From positions 160,001 to 224,000 of the forward strand of contig CAWHAA010000001.1 in the NCBI GenBank assembly GCA_963827275.1: a stretch of DNA of 64,000 nucleotides. The letters run 5' to 3'. The notes beneath the pieces are model-generated. The model saw only the letters and a list, made by a program, of their open reading frames with translations. It was not told the origin of the DNA and did no database searches. This document shows positions 21,910 through 33,724 of the stretch, in pieces (position 1 is the first letter of the stretch; every line of letters begins with the position of its first letter). The DNA is from an uncultured Spirochaetota bacterium (GTDB taxonomy: Bacteria; Spirochaetota; UBA4802; UBA5550). The position numbers and the translations under genes were made by a program.

Positions 21910-22077
21910 AATTACCGATAACTATCGGGAGATGTGTTGCTCTGACCCCTTTGTATCAGTCAAAGCATGGGATACTACCGATAACTATCGCAACTTTACC
22001 ATACACACTAACGCAAAGTGTCTACTTTAATGCCGCATCCCACCGATAACTATCGGGCAGCATTTTACTCTGACACC
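21897..22077. repeat. REP/MITE-like composite repeat
   Basis: Ends GGGGTCAGAGTAAAAT and ATTTTACTCTGACACC are imperfect inverted repeats. Three internal CCGATAACTATCG(G) palindromes lie at 21915, 21978 and 22043. Confidence 0.8.
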
Positions 22078-22085
22078 TGCGCATC

Positions 22086-23240
22086 TCAATCCAGATAGAT
22101 CCGGGGCACCCGCGAGCTGATATTGCAGAGGAACTCATAGGTAATGGTCCCGATCGCGTCGCAGAGCGATTCCAGGGGCAGCGATACTCCATCCATCTCG
22201 CCGAACAGCAGCACATCGTCGCCGTTATAGGCGGTGCCATCCATGCCGATATCGACCATCACCTGGTCCATGCATACCGTCCCCACGACCGGATAGCTTT
22301 TCCCCCGGATGACCGCCCTGCCCCGGTTCGACAGGAGGCGGTTATAGCCATCGCCATAGCCGATGGGAAGGGTCACGATGCGGGTCCGGTCCTTCGTCAC
22401 GTAGGTGTGGCTGTAGCTGATGCCCGCGCCCGGTGGGCATACTTTGAAATAGGACACTTTTGTCTTGAGGGTCATTGCCGGAAGCAGCCTTCTCCCGCTG
22501 AAATCGCGCTCCGGGTCATATCCCAGGGGATTATAGCCGTACAGCATGATCCCGGGACGCACCATGGTGAAATCCGACTTCCGGCCGTTGATGATAGCGG
22601 CGGAATTCGCGAGGTGGACATGCGCGGGCAGCGCGTTCTTCCGCGCCATGGCATCCAGGATCTTCTCGAAACGCCCGATCTGCGTGTCGGTGAAGGCCGG
22701 ATCGGAATCAGCCTTTGCGAGGTGTGAAAAGACGCCGGTGACTTCAATGCCGGGGAGCTCCCCGGTGCGGGAGATGAACTGTTCCGCGTTGTACCAGTGG
22801 ACCCCTATCCGCTCCATGCCGGTATCGACCTTCAATTGAACTTTCGCCGTCCTGCCAAGCCGCTTCGCCGCCGCAGAGATCGCGATTGATTTGTCGATCG
22901 ACGAACTGGTGATTTCGATGTCATGGGCCAGGAAATCGTCAATCTGTCCCGTGTTGATTGCGCCGCAGACCAGGATGGGCGCCTTGATGCCGCTTTTTCT
23001 CAGGTACACGGCTTCCTCGAGATACGCCACGCCCAGGTAGTGCGCCCCCGCAGCAAGGAGGGTTTCGGAAATGGTCTTTATGCCGTGGCCATAGGCGTTC
23101 GACTTCACCATGGCCATGATCTTCACGTCCGGGCCGACAAGGGAGCGGACAATCCCGAAATTGTTCCGGATACGCCCGAGGGAGACCTCGGCCCTGGTGG
23201 GCCGGTCATGATATGTTTCGATGATAAGCTGCATAGGCAT
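22086..23240 (-). CDS. alr: Alanine racemase
   Basis: MAMVKSNAYGHG (PLP Lys), KVDTGMER.G, VRPGI.LYG, GYGDG and VCMDQ motifs. Confidence 0.96.
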   Translation of the reverse strand: MPMQLIIETYHDRPTRAEVSLGRIRNNFGIVRSLVGPDVKIMAMVKSNAYGHGIKTISETLLAAGAHYLGVAYLEEAVYLRKSGIKAPILVCGAINTGQIDDFLAHDIEITSSSIDKSIAISAAAKRLGRTAKVQLKVDTGMERIGVHWYNAEQFISRTGELPGIEVTGVFSHLAKADSDPAFTDTQIGRFEKILDAMARKNALPAHVHLANSAAIINGRKSDFTMVRPGIMLYGYNPLGYDPERDFSGRRLLPAMTLKTKVSYFKVCPPGAGISYSHTYVTKDRTRIVTLPIGYGDGYNRLLSNRGRAVIRGKSYPVVGTVCMDQVMVDIGMDGTAYNGDDVLLFGEMDGVSLPLESLCDAIGTITYEFLCNISSRVPRIYLD

Positions 23241-23313
23241 CGGTAAAATTGTATTACCGGTATCCAGATCAGGGGGATTTGTCAATTAATATATCAGATA
23301 TGGCAAGACTCAT

Positions 23314-23348
23314 GGGGGTCAGAGTAACTTCCGTACCGATAGTTATCC
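23314..23348. repeat. REP-like repeat copy
   Basis: GGGGGTCAGAGTAA...CCGATAGTTATCC. Confidence 0.7.
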
Positions 23349-23382
23349 CCGACTTGCATGCGTCATCCTGCCGCAGCCTGCC

Positions 23383-24225
23383 TTAGCGAACAATCGAATC
23401 GATCAGATCCAACCCGTTCCGGTAAAACACCCTGTCATAGAACTCCTGCGACAGGCCGTAGCCCAGCAGGGTCTCCAGCTCGGATTCGCGCGGCAGGATC
23501 AGGTTGGGAAAATCCGATCCGTACACGATGCGGTCCCGGTGCGCCTCAAGCGCCTCGCCGCCGAGGTTGAACCCGCCCTTTCCCTGGAACTCCCCGAAGA
23601 AGGCGAACGCCGTATCGAGATACAGCCCCGGATGCCCGTCGAGCAGGTCCATGAACCCGGCATATTCGTACGCGCCCATGTGCGCCACGTTGGCCGGGAT
23701 TTCAGGATAGCGCTCAAGGAGCTTTTTGAATTCCGCGAGCCCCACGAACTCGTTCCCCACCGGACCGGTCCCGACGTGAAACAGGAGGCGCTTCCCCCGC
23801 TCCATCACCATCTCGTACATCGGGTTGAGGCGCGGGTCGTGCGGATAGAAGCGCTGCACCAGGAGCTGAAGCTTGAAGCCGAGGACCCGCGGATGGTCCA
23901 GCACCTTCTCCGCCATTGCGAGGGCATTGTCATCATCGGGATGGTATGCCGCAAAGCAGTAGAGATCGGGATCCCCGTCGAGGAGGCGCAGGTTCCATTC
24001 ATTCAGGCTTTCGGCGACGCCCGCGCGATGAGCGTAGTTGGAAAAGACGATTTTTTCCACGCCCCGCTCCCGCAGATAGCTGACGCACTCGCGGTGGTAC
24101 AGTGGGTATATGACGTCCCACCGGTATCCTTTTGTAAAATAGTCCCTGATGGCGTCGAACATCCTGTCAGGGAAGAGGTGGACATGGAAGTCGATGATGC
24201 GTGACGGCAGCATTGTATCGTTCAA
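23383..24225 (-). CDS. Amidohydrolase_2 family metal-dependent hydrolase
   Basis: IDFHVH, FHVG, AHMG, YLDT and YGSDFP motifs. Confidence 0.88.
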   Translation of the reverse strand: MNDTMLPSRIIDFHVHLFPDRMFDAIRDYFTKGYRWDVIYPLYHRECVSYLRERGVEKIVFSNYAHRAGVAESLNEWNLRLLDGDPDLYCFAAYHPDDDNALAMAEKVLDHPRVLGFKLQLLVQRFYPHDPRLNPMYEMVMERGKRLLFHVGTGPVGNEFVGLAEFKKLLERYPEIPANVAHMGAYEYAGFMDLLDGHPGLYLDTAFAFFGEFQGKGGFNLGGEALEAHRDRIVYGSDFPNLILPRESELETLLGYGLSQEFYDRVFYRNGLDLIDSIVR

Positions 24226-24347
24226 TGTATCCGGCGCCCCTCAGAAGAAATTATTATTTTCCCGATGATGTATCCCTTTGACAGGGAAGGTATATCAGCT
24301 TGTTGAATCTGTCAAATGTTTTCAGCAGCGCGGGGGCCGCAAATGAA

Positions 24348-24371
24348 CGGGCGGCCCATGTGGGCCGCCCG
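24348..24371. terminator. Hairpin downstream of ahcY
   Basis: CGGGCGGCCCA-TG-TGGGCCGCCCG. Confidence 0.55.
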
Positions 24372-24401
24372 CGTGACATCGTATGATGAGCTAAAGAGAG
24401 C

Positions 24402-25844
<1,443 letters not shown>

Positions 25845-25933
25845 CTTTATTCTCCTTTTGATTATTATTACATGCCCCGCGGCGCGCTCCATTACGCTCC
25901 CCGGAAATTTTCGGGGAAGGCGCGCCGCCGGTA

Positions 25934-26848
25934 TTAACTTTTTTTCGATACGTACAGGTCTATCTTCAGGCCGTTCCCGGCGTCAAACTGCGCGAAGTCA
26001 GCCAGCTTCAGCCCGCCGGCGGCGAGCCAGCGCTCCATGCTTTTCCGCGAAAAGCCGAGCCAGCGGTGCTCGTACTTCTTGCGCAGCTCCTCGTCCTGGT
26101 GCTTGTCGAGGTCAACGATGACCAGCGACCCGCCGTGTTTCAGCACCCTGGCCGCCTCCATGATGCCGGCGTCCGGGGCGGGGAGATGGTGGAGCACCAT
26201 GTTGATGACCGCGGCATCCGCTTCCATGTCCCTCATCGGGAGGTGCTCGATCTCGCCGATCCTGAGCTCGATCCCCCTGCCGTTGGCCGCGAGCCGCCGT
26301 TCCGCCTCTTCCAGCATCTTCGGCGACTTGTCCACCCCGATCACCCGCTTCGCCTTCCGCCTGATGTACGGCAGCAGCTCGCCGTTGCCGCAGCCGAGGT
26401 CCGCCGCGACGCCGCAGCTCTCGATCCGCTCCGCTATCTCGTCCGATATGTTGAGGTCCCCGAAAAGGGTCTGCCTGATGCCGGTCCAGTCGCGGGCTAT
26501 CGAGTCAAAGAACCTCGTCTTCTCCTTCATCCCCTCTTCAAGGACCTTTTTCATCGACCCGTAATCGCCGGCCAGGTCGGCGTCCCCGGCGACAAACCCC
26601 TCGAAGAGCTCGTTGAACCTGCCGCCGCGTCCCTCCCGGTTTACGCTGTAAAAAGCCCAGAGGCCGTCGCGGCGGGACTTCAACAGTCCGCTCTCGGTCA
26701 AAATTTTGAGGTGCCGCGAAATCCGGGACTGCCCCATCCCCATGGCCGCCGTTATTTCGTTGACATTCAGCTCGTGGCGGAGCAGGAGATTGAGGAGCCG
26801 CAGGCGGGTCTCGTCCGCAAGGGCCTTGTAAAACTGTACCGCTTCCAT
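25934..26848 (-). CDS. sahR: ArsR-family HTH plus SAM-binding methyltransferase-domain regulator (SahR-like)
   Basis: [12 protein letters not shown]...[14 protein letters not shown] and ADLGCGNG methyltransferase motif; directly upstream of ahcY. Confidence 0.8.
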   Translation of the reverse strand: MEAVQFYKALADETRLRLLNLLLRHELNVNEITAAMGMGQSRISRHLKILTESGLLKSRRDGLWAFYSVNREGRGGRFNELFEGFVAGDADLAGDYGSMKKVLEEGMKEKTRFFDSIARDWTGIRQTLFGDLNISDEIAERIESCGVAADLGCGNGELLPYIRRKAKRVIGVDKSPKMLEEAERRLAANGRGIELRIGEIEHLPMRDMEADAAVINMVLHHLPAPDAGIMEAARVLKHGGSLVIVDLDKHQDEELRKKYEHRWLGFSRKSMERWLAAGGLKLADFAQFDAGNGLKIDLYVSKKS

Positions 26849-26856
26849 ATAAATTA

Positions 26857-26880
26857 CTATATCAAGATATATTGATATAG
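26857..26880. promoter_or_regulatory. Palindromic operator, probable SahR autoregulatory site
   Basis: CTATATCAA-GATATA-TTGATATAG has perfect 9-bp arms and lies 8 bp upstream of the ATG. Confidence 0.7.
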
Positions 26881-26995
26881 TAATATCAGGCGGGGTAAAA
26901 GTCAATTAAAAAATTCAGGAAAGGATATAAACGACCGGGCGCCGGGGAGGGTCCCCGGGCCCGCAGCGGAAGGCGCCCGGCTTTCAAACCGGGGC

Positions 26996-28585
26996 TTATT
27001 CGCCGCCCTTGATCAGTTTTACGGACATATCATCGTTATTTTTCGCCACCGGAGCGCCGAAGAGCTTGACCGTGAAGCCGAGGGCGACGCTGAACCGTTT
27101 TTCATCGAAGCCCTTGGCGATGGCGTGATACGTCGGGCCGCTGACGTTCGTGTATTCGGTGGAATAGACTTTTTCCTTTTGATAGAGCATGTACATGAGG
27201 CCCACTGACACGTCAAGCCAGTCCGTCACGTTGAAGAGAAAACCGCCCCCGAAGCTGTGGCTCTGCAGGAGCGGATCGACCTCGTTGCGCGCCTTTGACC
27301 GCACGCCGAAATCGTTAAACGCGTACCCGGCGCTCACGGTCGCCTTCGGGAGGAAGTTCCACTCGAGACATCCGCCCACGCGGTAGCCGAGGGGCTTGAA
27401 GCCGTCCTCCCTGCCGTCGAGGTCGCGCAGGTTACGGAGCTGGAGCTCCCCGGAGACCTCCGCCCGGATCCCCTTCCATATCTTGACCGACGCGCCGAGC
27501 GCGATGCTCTGGGGATAGGTGACCTTGAGCTTGGGCTTCACTTCTTTCTTGAACTTCATTAAATTTTCGGGTGTGATCTTCGTGATATCGAACCCCGCGG
27601 GATCGTACAGGCTTTCATATATAAGCGGCTCAAACCCGTCCAGGAGGATGTTCAGGCTCCCCGACGAGGCGACCACGCCGGGCACGAACAGCTTGTTCGT
27701 TTTTTTCTTGAGGACCATCGGGGGATAGTACTCGTATTTGATGCCGATGTCCAGGATGCTGACCGGCCTGAAGTGGAACCCGGCGATGATGCCGACCCCG
27801 TGCCCCTTGACGTCCACGTCAATGAGCCAGGGCTTGGTCGCGCTGATATCATACCCGCCCGGGTTCTGCGTGGCCATGCCGGTGTATTTCACGGTGATGT
27901 TCTGGTTGCCGCTGGCGTAGATGTAGCGCAGGCCGAGGGCCGCGGATACCCACTCCTTGATTTTATACACGCCCCCCACGGTGCCGCCGACATAAAACTC
28001 GGTGCGCACCGCTTTGGCGTCGCGCCAGAACCCCGCAATGTTATTCGAGACGCCGCCCGTTCCCGCGTAGGTGGTCTCGAACGGGGCCAGCAGGCCCCAG
28101 TCAATGACCGCGAGGCCCTGGTTGAAGGTCATCCCGGGCGCCGCCTGCATCACGCCGACGGAGAGGAACACGGCCCAGACATCGTCCTTCCAGATAAGGT
28201 CGAAGCCGGGGAGCACCGGCGCCAGGGTCTCGGCGGCATACTCCTTCGGCTTGCCGCTCATCGGGTTCAGGAAATTCGACGTGGGGATCATGGGAAAGTT
28301 ATCGTACTTGATGCCGTAATAATCCATGGTGTGGGCCCGCTTCGCGTAATAGGTCTGGGAGCTGAAATGCACGGTCAGGCCCTTGTAGTCGAGGAAGGCC
28401 AGGCCCGCGGGATTATAGAAGGCCGCGTCCGCGCTCGTGGAGGCGTTCCGGTTCAGGGTGCGCACGTAATCAGCGCCGTGGTTCGGCATGATGCCGTCCT
28501 CCTGGTTGAGGCGGGAGGCGAATACATCATTTGAAACGGCAGACAACAATAAAGCAAGGCATATGATTGCGAATTTCTTCATCAT
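26996..28585 (-). CDS. OmpP1/FadL/TodX-family outer-membrane transporter
   Basis: Signal peptide; RNAST.ADAAFYNPAGLAFL hatch motif; beta-strand-rich body. Confidence 0.8.
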   Translation of the reverse strand: MMKKFAIICLALLLSAVSNDVFASRLNQEDGIMPNHGADYVRTLNRNASTSADAAFYNPAGLAFLDYKGLTVHFSSQTYYAKRAHTMDYYGIKYDNFPMIPTSNFLNPMSGKPKEYAAETLAPVLPGFDLIWKDDVWAVFLSVGVMQAAPGMTFNQGLAVIDWGLLAPFETTYAGTGGVSNNIAGFWRDAKAVRTEFYVGGTVGGVYKIKEWVSAALGLRYIYASGNQNITVKYTGMATQNPGGYDISATKPWLIDVDVKGHGVGIIAGFHFRPVSILDIGIKYEYYPPMVLKKKTNKLFVPGVVASSGSLNILLDGFEPLIYESLYDPAGFDITKITPENLMKFKKEVKPKLKVTYPQSIALGASVKIWKGIRAEVSGELQLRNLRDLDGREDGFKPLGYRVGGCLEWNFLPKATVSAGYAFNDFGVRSKARNEVDPLLQSHSFGGGFLFNVTDWLDVSVGLMYMLYQKEKVYSTEYTNVSGPTYHAIAKGFDEKRFSVALGFTVKLFGAPVAKNNDDMSVKLIKGGE

Positions 28586-28628
28586 TCCTCCGATTTTGAT
28601 TTTAATATTCAATTAAAATAATTCCATT

Positions 28629-30009
28629 TCAATTAGGTTGCTTCTTCTCGACTACAATTGAATTGACGAACAATGGCAAATCAGCGGAAAATATATCTTT
28701 TCTGATGCCATTTTTCCAGTAGCACGCAATGCATTTAGGATTCGTATATATGAAACCGGAGATATAGATATTATTGTGTTTTATTGTAATTGCGGTTGCG
28801 CCAGAGCCTTGTTTGTTCTGATATCATAACTCACAATCGAGAAAATGTAATTCATCATTTTTCCAATAGCAAGCTTTTAGTCAATCCCTGGGTCATTTTG
28901 ATGACCAGCAATATATAATCAATGTTATCAGAAACTATAATGGATTCAGCTTGTGAATAATTTAAATGCCGTCCCCAATATCAGACTTGATATTATTTCT
29001 CCAATAACATGCCGTTCAAATGCCGTTACTTATTTCTTTGAGACCCGGCCACATAAATATTATCGTTTATAACATATAAATCATTGGCATTCAGGATTAA
29101 AATCATTATCACCAATATTATTGGTTACACCATTCAATCCAAAAACATTCATGACTGTTCATATAAAAAATCAGTGTAATGGCCTAAGATAAAAACCATA
29201 TCATCATAGATAAATATACGTTTTGCCCTGGAATAATATGCAATATCGCCTACGTAATTTATCGAACTGTTAACCCAATAACATGCTCGGCTCATGCGGT
29301 TCGTTTCATCCTGTGCCATACCAGCAATATAAATGTTATTTTCACTAATAAAAATTGAATTAGCTTCACAGAATACCATTACTTCCCGTTAGTTCATATA
29401 AAATCATCATCTAACCCAATATCCACCGATTATTAGAAACATCAGGAACAACAACCAACACCATAACACTTCATATGAAACTTAACAATCTGATTAATTT
29501 CAGAACTTTTAACATTATTAGATTTATCGAGAATATGCAATTTCCTCATTCTTCCAGTAACAGGCCCTGGTAGCACCCTCATCCTCGGCGATCCTTTGGC
29601 TTATAATCCCGCTTATATAAATATCATACTCGCATTTTTCATATCTTCTATCCACCACATTGCTTTTCGCATAACCCTCTTTCACCGCGATCGCCTTAAT
29701 CGTCATGGTTTCCGAAACAGGGATCGGATTTCTGAAAAGAATCCCATTGCTCCCGCCCGGTTCTGACCCGTCCGTGGTATAGTAAATGTCCGCCCCCGGT
29801 GTGTCGCTCGTCAGCATGAGTGAAAACGGGTCCTCAAACTCCGTATCCGCCACGTCAAACCGCGGCGCGGCCGTCTGCGCAACCCTTTCCTTGATGAGCA
29901 GCGGCAGCGGTACGCTATAGAGCAGGTTCATTGAATCGGTGTACACCGACCCGCATGACGCGAGCAAGAACAGCGATATAACTGATGCGGCGGCTTTAAT
30001 GCCCTTCAT
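28629..30009 (-). CDS. Lipoprotein with an FN3-associated/CHB_HEX_C domain and beta-propeller-like repeats (multiple frameshifts)
   Basis: Lipobox LLASC and TPGADIYYTTDGSEP...TIKAIAVKEG. IYI(A/S)G...(R/K)ACYW(K/V)N repeats continue across frames to ~28629. Confidence 0.6.
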
Positions 30010-30272
30010 AGACAAGCCCTCTCAAAACATTAATATGGCAGCGGCGGGACGCCCGGGAATCATTCCGGTCGTGTTTCAACCGGCACCGGCTTTTTGCTGC
30101 GACAAACAACTGTTTGTAACAGCATGTTTTCAAAGAGCGTCAATTTTCGCGATATTTTTTCAAGCTCTTTTTGAAAATATCAGCCTGAATATATCACATC
30201 TTATGATAATAAAAAATGACAAAACCACACAAACATGTTCAAAAACCAGAGCACTTCTGCAACGGTGGTATA

Positions 30273-30305
30273 AAACGGCCCCGCCCATCAATGGCAGGGC
30301 CGTTG
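30273..30305. terminator. Terminator-like hairpin after the cadherin-like genes
   Basis: AACGGCCC..GCCCAT-CA-ATGGC.GGGCCGTT, with a T-tail on the minus strand. Confidence 0.5.
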
Positions 30306-30355
30306 GAATTTCTCACATTCGTGCCCCTTCAGTGCAGGCACATCTTTGTAATAGT

Positions 30356-31561
30356 TTAACTACTTTTATTTATTCTTACTTGATATACCACCTCATCAAC
30401 CGGACCGCTCTCAGGAATGATATGGATATGCACATCATATGGATAATCACTTGTATCGAACGCATCTTTTTCAAATACAAATATCCAGGAACCTGTATCA
30501 AAATCTAGAGTGCCAGCAGTAAACGAACCACTTGCATATGGCGTTGCCGTAGTATCCGGGTCCTGATTATTCAAGAATACTTTAGCAGTCATGCTGGCAA
30601 CAGAATCGTCAATCGGCGATATTAACACTTTATATTTTGTCCGCGACCAAGCAGAACCATCAATTCGAGTGAACATGAAATCACTCAGCAATGAAGTTGA
30701 TGTTGCGCCTAGTTCCAGAGTATACCAACCTGCTGTATACTGCCTTAACTGCAGGTAATCAAGCCGCGCCTCGGTCGACGGCGCTGTGCCCCTGGTAACC
30801 GTGACCGTGTAATTTTTAGTGACGCTATCATCCTGGGACGTGACGCTTATGGTAATGACCCTCGACGCGCCGGCACCCGGCAGGTTGGTAATAGGCACCG
30901 GCGACCCGGAAAGGGCCGTCCATCCGTCAACCATGGCGGTCATGCCCGAGCCTTCCGGCATGGACACGGTGATATCTATCGATTCAGTCGCGTAGGAGAT
31001 GCCCACGGTATAGCCGGTAAGCTGCGCGGGGTCAAACACGGGACTGAGTGCGCTCGATATCGCGCCGGGCGAGCCGTTGGTCAGGGAGACCGCGAGGCCC
31101 GACAGGCTTGCGCTGGTGCCAAGGTAATAGACCCGGACATGGTATTCGGCCGTGGTCTGGCCGTCTTCGGAGGTGACCGCCGCGACGATGTCGTTTACAT
31201 CGAGCGAGTTATCAAGGTCAACGCTGACGGAATACGCCGGCCCGGTCACCGGGACCGCGGCTTCGCCGTTGCTCGCGATGGTCACAGCGGCGCCCTCGGG
31301 GCCGATCGCTTTAACGGCAAGAGACGCGGTCGCGCTTGTCACCACGAGGGTGTATTCGAGCGTTGCCGCGTCAAAGGCCGGCGATATGGCATAGTTCTCC
31401 ACCGCGAGGCTTTTCAGCGTCGCGTCCGCGCCGGCGGCCTGTTCAACGCTCCCCGGCGGGACCAGCTTCAAGCCCCCCGTGTCGGTGAGCTCGCACCCGC
31501 TTATCACGAGCGCGGCGGTCATCATCAGGATTATATTGGCAATTGTTCTCTTCATATTCAT
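30356..31561 (-). CDS. Cadherin-like beta-sandwich domain lipoprotein
   Basis: Lipobox ISGC; two L..L.V...SP.FD....Y...VTS.D...T..Y.V.V repeats. Confidence 0.8.
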   Translation of the reverse strand: MNMKRTIANIILMMTAALVISGCELTDTGGLKLVPPGSVEQAAGADATLKSLAVENYAISPAFDAATLEYTLVVTSATASLAVKAIGPEGAAVTIASNGEAAVPVTGPAYSVSVDLDNSLDVNDIVAAVTSEDGQTTAEYHVRVYYLGTSASLSGLAVSLTNGSPGAISSALSPVFDPAQLTGYTVGISYATESIDITVSMPEGSGMTAMVDGWTALSGSPVPITNLPGAGASRVITISVTSQDDSVTKNYTVTVTRGTAPSTEARLDYLQLRQYTAGWYTLELGATSTSLLSDFMFTRIDGSAWSRTKYKVLISPIDDSVASMTAKVFLNNQDPDTTATPYASGSFTAGTLDFDTGSWIFVFEKDAFDTSDYPYDVHIHIIPESGPVDEVVYQVRINKSS

Positions 31562-31615
31562 CTCCTTTTCTGGCTGTGATAGTCAGCAACGCATGAAACG
31601 CTCCCGGGCCGCGCA

Positions 31616-33307
31616 TCACGGGTGCCAGAAATCATTCACGGTCCAGGGGACCGCCGGGCTCCAGTAGTCCGACCCGAGGTTGTCCTTGAGCGAGGGGTTC
31701 GCCTGGTAGTAGAGCCGCACCCCGGTCTGGCCCATGTAATCCACGTCAGTGTACGATTCGGGGTCATTGCCCACCGCGTCCTTGCTGACGATCTTCAGAT
31801 GGACGTGCATCATGGCCACCACGTCCCCTTCCGGGGTCAGCATGGGGATGTCGCCCGTCTGCGGTCCCTGCCCGGTCCCCGAGGTGTTCACGATAACGCT
31901 CATGACGCCGTTCAGCGCGAAGCCGCTGTCGCCGACAAAGGGCTGGTCCCAATCGCCGTTGTTGTAAGTGGCGTAGGTCATCTGGTTCCGTACCGTGCTC
32001 AGCGTGGTCACCCACGAAAGCTTCCATTCCATGCTCCCGCTGATGGAGCCGTTGAACGTCTTGGTCCAGTTGGGCGTGCCGGGAGCGCCCCACGAGGCCT
32101 TGTTCCTCCTCGACACGGGGCCGTAGATGCCGTAATAGACCTCGTACACGTTCAGGAGGCGGAGCCTGAGGGTGTAGTCCATCGAATCGGCCGTGGCCTG
32201 GGCGACCACGTGTATGCTGATCTCTTTCACGGTGTAATCACCGGCGCCCCAGGACTGTTCGATGGTCAGCTTGCCGTTCACCATGTCGCCCTTCCGCTCG
32301 ACGCCGTTCACCATCAGGCTGGATACACTGGGATCATACGGTTCAAGCGTCACCCTGACCGTGTTGTATCCGTACACCACGCAGGAATACCCGCCCACGT
32401 TTTTATTGAACGCGTTCGTGTTGTCCGGGAAGAAGTTCCCGTCCTGGTCCTGGTATATCTGGCGGAGCGAATCGTTGTTGCCCATGGTCACCCTGATTGA
32501 GGAGAGATACGGGTTATCGCCGGTGACCGCGGCCTTGGCGAGCCGCGATACCACGAAGGTATAGGTATTCAGCACGCCGGTGCTTGACTGCACCGTCACC
32601 ACGACGTTCTGGGTATCGGTGGTATTATCGATGGTCAGCTCGTCGAGTATCACCAGCTCCTTTTCGCCCGAGGTTACGGCGACCCCGTCCAGCTTGAGGA
32701 TGGTATAGCCGCTGACGAGGGTGGGTTTTACCTTTATATAATAGCTGTTCCAGGCGACGCGGAGCTGGTAGGCATTCGTGCCGGGCTCGAAAGCGGGCGA
32801 CAGGGTGATCGCGGCGCCCGTGTCGGAAAAGACCTCGAAGTTCAGGAGGCGGTTCTCTTCAATGCCGTAATTGCGCGTAATGAAGATGGTGTAGGTCTTC
32901 TGGGTCACCGTGTCCGGCGCCGTAACGATTACTTCAATCTCCCTGCTGTCCTCGCTCACGGTGATCGTCCGGGAGGAGCATTCCTTCGTATCTATCTGGA
33001 CCACCGACTCTTTATCATCGGCGACCGCCACAACGGTCACATCCGTCACCAGCGCTTCAATCGCGACATTGTAGGCGCTGGTCGCGGGGTCAAATACCGG
33101 GGTCAGAGCAACCGTTGTTGTTGCCCCGGTCGTTCCTTCGTGCGTGGTGACTTCAAGCATCTCGAGGTCTGTATTCGAGATCGCCCCGCTGTATGATGCG
33201 TTGGGGAGGAAAAGCAGACCCGTTTCTCCTATCCGGCAATTGTTGAAGGTTATACCGGTCAGGATTAGCGCAAGCAGAACAAAGGCCCTTTTAATAGAGT
33301 AGTGCAT
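31616..33307 (-). CDS. Cadherin-like beta-sandwich domain lipoprotein
   Basis: Spirochaetal-type lipobox FNNC; LTPVFDPATSAY...VTAPD...KTYTI and LSPAFEPGTNAY repeats. Confidence 0.8.
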   Translation of the reverse strand: MHYSIKRAFVLLALILTGITFNNCRIGETGLLFLPNASYSGAISNTDLEMLEVTTHEGTTGATTTVALTPVFDPATSAYNVAIEALVTDVTVVAVADDKESVVQIDTKECSSRTITVSEDSREIEVIVTAPDTVTQKTYTIFITRNYGIEENRLLNFEVFSDTGAAITLSPAFEPGTNAYQLRVAWNSYYIKVKPTLVSGYTILKLDGVAVTSGEKELVILDELTIDNTTDTQNVVVTVQSSTGVLNTYTFVVSRLAKAAVTGDNPYLSSIRVTMGNNDSLRQIYQDQDGNFFPDNTNAFNKNVGGYSCVVYGYNTVRVTLEPYDPSVSSLMVNGVERKGDMVNGKLTIEQSWGAGDYTVKEISIHVVAQATADSMDYTLRLRLLNVYEVYYGIYGPVSRRNKASWGAPGTPNWTKTFNGSISGSMEWKLSWVTTLSTVRNQMTYATYNNGDWDQPFVGDSGFALNGVMSVIVNTSGTGQGPQTGDIPMLTPEGDVVAMMHVHLKIVSKDAVGNDPESYTDVDYMGQTGVRLYYQANPSLKDNLGSDYWSPAVPWTVNDFWHP

Positions 33308-33724
33308 CGCTGTCGTCTCCTGGGCAAAAATTGTGTGTTTGTATGTTATTTTGTCGTGAAATTGCACTATTTCAGATAACCGTCCAGACGGTACCATTAA
33401 TAGTTCAAATGAAAACTTGGTTTAAAATAAAGTAATCATACATTATGTCATTTTTCCTATCAAAAGAAATCTAAATTAGAAATGACCAGTCTCATGGCCG
33501 GCAGCCAGGAGAATTTCAACCGGGTCGGAGAGACGCCGAAATGCCGCTATAGCCATCGTAGTCCACAAAAAATGGCTTTCCGGATAAAAAATACGGGATT
33601 CCCCGGCCCCCTAATATTATGTTTAAAACCAGTTAAAGGTTGAAAAAAATGTTCGATATCGATAGTATTGAAAAATCACGCGCGCTCGGCATCATTTGCG
33701 AGTAATCACCGTGCAGGGGAAAAC

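Noticed and set aside
21897..22077. Possible CRISPR array (three palindromes about 64 bp apart)
   Set aside because: The conserved core is only 13-16 bp, copies are dispersed at other loci, and there are no cas genes. REP/MITE-like fits better.
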